Shown one piece after another: positions 59,915 to 64,000 of a stretch of DNA of 64,000 nt; position 1 is the first letter of the stretch, and each line of letters starts with the position of its first letter. The notes under the pieces were generated by a model that saw only the letters and a program-made list of their open reading frames with translations, did not search any database and was not told where the DNA came from. The translations under genes and the position numbers were made by a program. Source of the stretch: Candidatus Bathyarchaeota archaeon (GTDB taxonomy: Archaea > Thermoproteota > Bathyarchaeia > TCS64); contig JAGTQU010000005.1 of assembly GCA_018396695.1 (NCBI GenBank), positions 421 through 64,420 of the forward strand, written 5' to 3'.

Positions 59915-60517
59915 ATGAGAATGAAAAAGGATAACTTAGGCTTAGACAAAGTACATTTTAGATTACGCGATGCTTTGAGGCTGAGCTACGAGCATTTAAA
60001 GATTTTGGAACGAACATTTATCAATATAGGTTCTATTACATTAGGGATCATGCTTTTTTCAATGATCATTTTCTCTAACCTCCTTCGCGGTGATTATGAT
60101 GGTTTAACATTAAACTTTGAATCATACCAGTCTTGGCTAATAGTTGCTTCCATTATGGTATCAATAGTTAGCGTAGCTAACGTAATGATGATCACTGTTT
60201 TTGAACGATTTAATGAGATAGGCACGCTTAAATGTTTAGGTGCCCTCGACAGGCATATACTAACGATGTTTTTAATTGAGGCAGCCATCCAAGGAATAGT
60301 AGGAGGCGCTACAGGATCGATATGTGGCCTTTTTATCGCATTCATTTCATCAGCAGTATCAGTAGGTTTCGAATCAGTTCACTTCTCAATTGAAGCGCTT
60401 CTTATTTTTATATCCTCCATCTCTCTTTCCATTGTGATGAGTATCTTGGCGGCATTGTATCCTGCATATAGAGCGGCTGTGTTAAATCCCGTGGAGGCTC
60501 TTAGATTTGAGTTCTGA
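59915..60517 (+). CDS. minimal FtsX-like permease (4 TM, no large extracytoplasmic domain)
   Basis: IGTLKCLGALDRHILTMFLIEAAIQGIVGGATGS FtsX signature. Confidence 0.6.
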   Translation: MRMKKDNLGLDKVHFRLRDALRLSYEHLKILERTFINIGSITLGIMLFSMIIFSNLLRGDYDGLTLNFESYQSWLIVASIMVSIVSVANVMMITVFERFNEIGTLKCLGALDRHILTMFLIEAAIQGIVGGATGSICGLFIAFISSAVSVGFESVHFSIEALLIFISSISLSIVMSILAALYPAYRAAVLNPVEALRFEF

Positions 60518-61199
60518 TTTCGTTATCGAGTTGGAGAATCTTTCCCGAAGATTCTACAAGGGTGGAGAAGTGATTAATGCTCTTGACGGAATAAATCTCC
60601 AGATCGGTAAAGGTGAATACGTATCGATCGTAGGTCCGTCTGGCTCAGGAAAGACAACTCTTTTTAATATGATTGGAGGTCTCGATAAACCTACCGAAGG
60701 TAGGGTCTACATCGACGGAGTAGATATCTCAATGCTCGACGCTTACGAGCTTGCTTGGCTTCGATGTCGAAAAATCGGATACATTTTCCAAAACTTCAAT
60801 CTCATCCAAGTCTTGACAGCTCTTGAGAATGTGGCTCTACCCACGGTATTTGCTGGAGTCCCAAGAGACGAGGGATTAATGAAGGCGAAAAAACTGCTTA
60901 TTTCTGTAGGTTTAGGAGATAGGCTACATCATAAGCCGATGGAGCTATCTGCAGGACAGCAGCAACGTGTAGCCATAGCTCGCGCTATGATTAATGAACC
61001 TGAGATCATCCTGGCAGATGAGCCAACTGGTAACCTCGATCTGAAGACGGGAATCGAGATAATAGATCTTTTACATGGGTTAAATAAGTCTAAAGAAGTC
61101 ACATTAGTCGCTGCGACGCATGATTTAAAGATGATTAAAGCTAGTGATAGGATAATATGGATGAGGGATGGGAAAATCGAAAAAATTGAACGAGCATGA
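60507..61199 (+). CDS. ABC transporter ATP-binding protein (MacB/LolD type)
   Basis: Walker [11 protein letters not shown]-loop, signature [14 protein letters not shown], Walker B ILADEPT. Confidence 0.88.
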   Translation: MSSDFVIELENLSRRFYKGGEVINALDGINLQIGKGEYVSIVGPSGSGKTTLFNMIGGLDKPTEGRVYIDGVDISMLDAYELAWLRCRKIGYIFQNFNLIQVLTALENVALPTVFAGVPRDEGLMKAKKLLISVGLGDRLHHKPMELSAGQQQRVAIARAMINEPEIILADEPTGNLDLKTGIEIIDLLHGLNKSKEVTLVAATHDLKMIKASDRIIWMRDGKIEKIERA

Positions 61200-61221
61200 G
61201 TCTTATCTCCTTGATGCTTTG

Positions 61222-63990
61222 TTAAACTCGTTTAGTGCTCCACTCCATCACCAAGAATCTAATCATAGAACCAGTTTCGTGTACCGACTCTTTGTTCCCA
61301 TATGAGATTAGTCGTACCTGTATGATTCCCTGGTTATTGGTCAGTATGATTGAATTCTTAGAGTAGAAGTTGCTCAACATGGTTTGAACTTCCTTATAAA
61401 CGAAGTCGATCTTAACCTCGTCGCAGGCTCTCTTAGAAACTTTTATGGAAGAGGTCTGCCTTAGAGGCATATTTTCCCGTTCCCTTAAAGAGTCTAAAAG
61501 AAAGCCTACAAACCCATCAGCCTCCTCCGGTAGAATCTTAACTGGAAGAGTTATGATCCATGGCTCGGAGAATTTTTTATCTTCTTCTGGCATGCTCCAT
61601 CTCCTCGTTAAAGAGGGGGTTATCACTGTCGACCTCTTCAAGGCGAATAAGGCTCCAACGAGTATCGAGACCATAGCTAAGCCTAAAGCCGCTATGCTCC
61701 AAATCGCTGATACTTTCTGATGTACGTCTAGAGCGATGTTGAAATAGTTCATTAGCTTATAGAAGCTCAATCCAGTTATGTAGCCAACTCCTCCGGCTGC
61801 GACTCCGATAATCGACGCCTCTGCAATAAAGATGGAAGATATTTGAGAAGGATTCAATCCGATGGAGGATAAGATCCCAATTTCGCTCCTCCGCTCATAC
61901 ATAGAGTTGAGCATGGTCGCAACGACGTTGAGTACCACGATGATCCAAGGGATGAATAAAGGTACGCCTTTACCTTCGAAATATCCGCTTAGTTGCATGT
62001 AAAAAAGACCCTGATCGGAGTTCACCCATACAGAGTATCCTCTCTCAAGTGCGAGACGTTTCGCAAATTCACTTGGATCGAAAGATTCTTCGACGATTAT
62101 GCCTATCCTTGACACTCCTGTTAGTGGTATGTTGAAGGATTCGGATGTGGAAGCGATTATGATTTCATCTGGTTCGCACTCCACTACAACCCAATTCGGA
62201 AGTTCTCCTGGAGGGTTTAGATTAACCAATTTCCTAGGAAGGTATGGGCTACCATCAGCGTCTTTAAGCATTCGCATAGCATCATCCTTGAATATTCCCT
62301 GTATCTTTACTTTCATCAAGTTGAGTTCTATTTCATCACCAATATTGATGTTCAGTTTTTTTCTCAGATTTTCACTTATCATAATTCCCCCTTCCTTCGA
62401 AAACTCGCCTTCTTTTACGATCTCGCTAAATCTAAGAAACTTGGACTCTAGTTCAGGGTTTATCATTACAAAACCGTAGAGAGGAATCCCATCTAGGTCA
62501 GCTATCGGATGCTCAAGAGGTAGATTCTCGATTTTCGGAGACACAACTTCAGTCTCTCTCTGTCGCTCAATCCACCCGGAATTCAAGTCTATTGCATTTA
62601 TGAAGGTGGGGTTCTTTTCATTGTACCCTCTCGCACGTACAATGATGTCTCTATTTTGATGCACTTCATCCGATATTTTTCTAATGTTGAGTCCGTAGCC
62701 TTCCGAGAAGGATGTAAACGTTACAAAACATGTTACAAGTATTGTGATGGTTGTAAAGGTTAATACGAATCTCAGTTTCCTTCGTTGTAAATTTCTTTTA
62801 GCGATCGAGAATACAGGTATTATCATGTTCCTTAACGCTACTCTTCCAGTTGAACTCTTAGATTTCAAGAAGTAAGGGGCAAAGTATGCGATGAAAAAGG
62901 AGACTAGTAGAGAGGATGCCCCTAACTGGGCGAAAAGAGTCTTCGGTATCAATAAACTTCCAGGATATATGAAGAATAAGATGGTTGACAGAATGGAGTG
63001 AATAATTATGCTTCCGAGAAGCTTTAGTAACCATCTGTTTCCTAGTAGAAATGCTATCGCTACAGAAGTGAATCCTAAAAAATAGATCAAAATATAGACT
63101 GAGATCTTGGCTTCATTATAAAGCGTTACAAGATCATTAATTATGTTTTTCAGCAATATGTAGCATCTCTTAGATGTCGTAAAAGCTTCAGTATAGCCCC
63201 CTTTTTTGTAGAGTTCCTCTGCTTCAGACTTCAGCTTCGAAGCATTTTCTAGAAGATTTTTCTGCACGGGAAGGTAGAACCCAAAAAGCCTCATCTCCTC
63301 AATCTTCTCGTAGGCTTCTATAGCCATGTTTTCTAACGATTGGAAAGTGAAAGGTAAAACAAAGCTTTTAACATCTAAAACAAGTTTTTCGCCTTTACTT
63401 AACATGAAATAGCTTGAGTTAAGGGCGACGAACGTGAACTCCTTTAGAGACGAGTCTATTAAAACTGAACAGTTTATTCTGATATTTACTTGCGTATCGG
63501 CGGGAACGATGATATGAGACGGTTTTAAGTCAAGGAATGCTCCTTCGGCTTCTGGAGATAAGCCATATATTAATTGAAACCCTGAAATGTTGATTAGTCT
63601 CATTGAAGAAGGCTCAACAACAGAATAAGAGATTAGAGACGGCAACTCCTCAGACTCGACAAGCTGGAGATCCCCCTTGAGAAGGATAGATGCTGCAGGG
63701 AATAATACAAATGTTAGAGTCTCCGCTTGATTGGGTTCAACTATTTTTCGTGAAGGTAAGTAATCAAATCCTTCAGTATCTTCTTCATCTTTATATATGT
63801 ATACTGTATAGGCTCTGTCTGGGTCAACCGGTAGTTCAAAGAATCCGTTAGAATCTGTTTCAATATTTGCTATATCGTTACCCGACCAAACATAAACCTT
63901 CGCTCCGGATAAGAATGCTCCAGATTCGTCTTTTACGAAACCCTTTAGAGAGATTTGTGCCCCTGTTAACGATATCGTGAACGATGTCAA
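61222..63990 (-). CDS. large MacB-like ABC permease with N-terminal carboxypeptidase-regulatory-like domain and FtsX domains
   Basis: 922 aa; N-terminal [29 protein letters not shown]...TDSNGFFEL; C-terminal FtsX motif. Confidence 0.6.
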   Translation of the reverse strand: MTSFTISLTGAQISLKGFVKDESGAFLSGAKVYVWSGNDIANIETDSNGFFELPVDPDRAYTVYIYKDEEDTEGFDYLPSRKIVEPNQAETLTFVLFPAASILLKGDLQLVESEELPSLISYSVVEPSSMRLINISGFQLIYGLSPEAEGAFLDLKPSHIIVPADTQVNIRINCSVLIDSSLKEFTFVALNSSYFMLSKGEKLVLDVKSFVLPFTFQSLENMAIEAYEKIEEMRLFGFYLPVQKNLLENASKLKSEAEELYKKGGYTEAFTTSKRCYILLKNIINDLVTLYNEAKISVYILIYFLGFTSVAIAFLLGNRWLLKLLGSIIIHSILSTILFFIYPGSLLIPKTLFAQLGASSLLVSFFIAYFAPYFLKSKSSTGRVALRNMIIPVFSIAKRNLQRRKLRFVLTFTTITILVTCFVTFTSFSEGYGLNIRKISDEVHQNRDIIVRARGYNEKNPTFINAIDLNSGWIERQRETEVVSPKIENLPLEHPIADLDGIPLYGFVMINPELESKFLRFSEIVKEGEFSKEGGIMISENLRKKLNINIGDEIELNLMKVKIQGIFKDDAMRMLKDADGSPYLPRKLVNLNPPGELPNWVVVECEPDEIIIASTSESFNIPLTGVSRIGIIVEESFDPSEFAKRLALERGYSVWVNSDQGLFYMQLSGYFEGKGVPLFIPWIIVVLNVVATMLNSMYERRSEIGILSSIGLNPSQISSIFIAEASIIGVAAGGVGYITGLSFYKLMNYFNIALDVHQKVSAIWSIAALGLAMVSILVGALFALKRSTVITPSLTRRWSMPEEDKKFSEPWIITLPVKILPEEADGFVGFLLDSLRERENMPLRQTSSIKVSKRACDEVKIDFVYKEVQTMLSNFYSKNSIILTNNQGIIQVRLISYGNKESVHETGSMIRFLVMEWSTKRV

Positions 63991-64000
63991 AATGTAGGCT

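Noticed and set aside
1-64000. Search for CRISPR arrays, rRNA, tRNA, SRP/RNase P RNA
   Set aside because: No regularly spaced direct repeats and no T-arm (GTTCGAATC-like) or rRNA-like GC-rich non-coding blocks were seen by eye. Gene density leaves few non-coding gaps longer than 450 bp, and those are AT-rich without obvious structure.

Overview
This 64-kb window looks like an archaeal chromosomal segment. It is AT-rich by eye, with two visibly GC-richer patches at about 16.0-16.5 kb and 27.9-28.3 kb. The archaeal assignment rests on a TATA-box binding protein, replication factor C small and large subunits, a family-B DNA polymerase, a Sec11-type signal peptidase, tRNA-splicing endonuclease, eukaryote-type GlyRS, the HMG-CoA synthase/thiolase/DUF35 trio, a four-subunit 2-oxoacid:ferredoxin oxidoreductase and archaeal-type myo-inositol-1-phosphate synthase. 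Most ORFs are housekeeping or central metabolism. I found no rRNA, tRNA or CRISPR array by eye.

The regions that merit a second look are:
- A perfect, spacer-less 525-bp palindrome (9587-10111) that interrupts a flavin-reductase-like gene. It is either a foldback/assembly chimera or a real inverted duplication.
- A decayed locus (16.0-17.0 kb) holding a GC-rich IS5-family transposase remnant next to a multiply frameshifted rubrerythrin pseudogene.
- A CBS-domain protein fused to a ribosome-hibernation-factor (HPF/RaiA)-like C-terminal domain (40006-41145).
- A family-B DNA polymerase whose polymerase motifs are intact but whose three exonuclease motifs are all degenerate (35165-37492).
- A GIY-YIG (DUF123-like) protein beside an Hjc-like PD-(D/E)xK-fold protein, downstream of a small SAM methyltransferase (3218-5038).
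- A structured leader upstream of a queT-queC preQ0 salvage/biosynthesis pair (28590-28660).
- A CooT-like 59-aa ORF absent from the ORF track (51263-51442).
- A LarA-like racemase clustered with a split UxaA-type dehydratase (53017-56666).
- Several unusual sequence tracts: a G-rich region with quadruplex potential (27900-28090), a C/A low-complexity tract (30150-30262), and a start-less C2H2 zinc-finger ORF (28151-28282).
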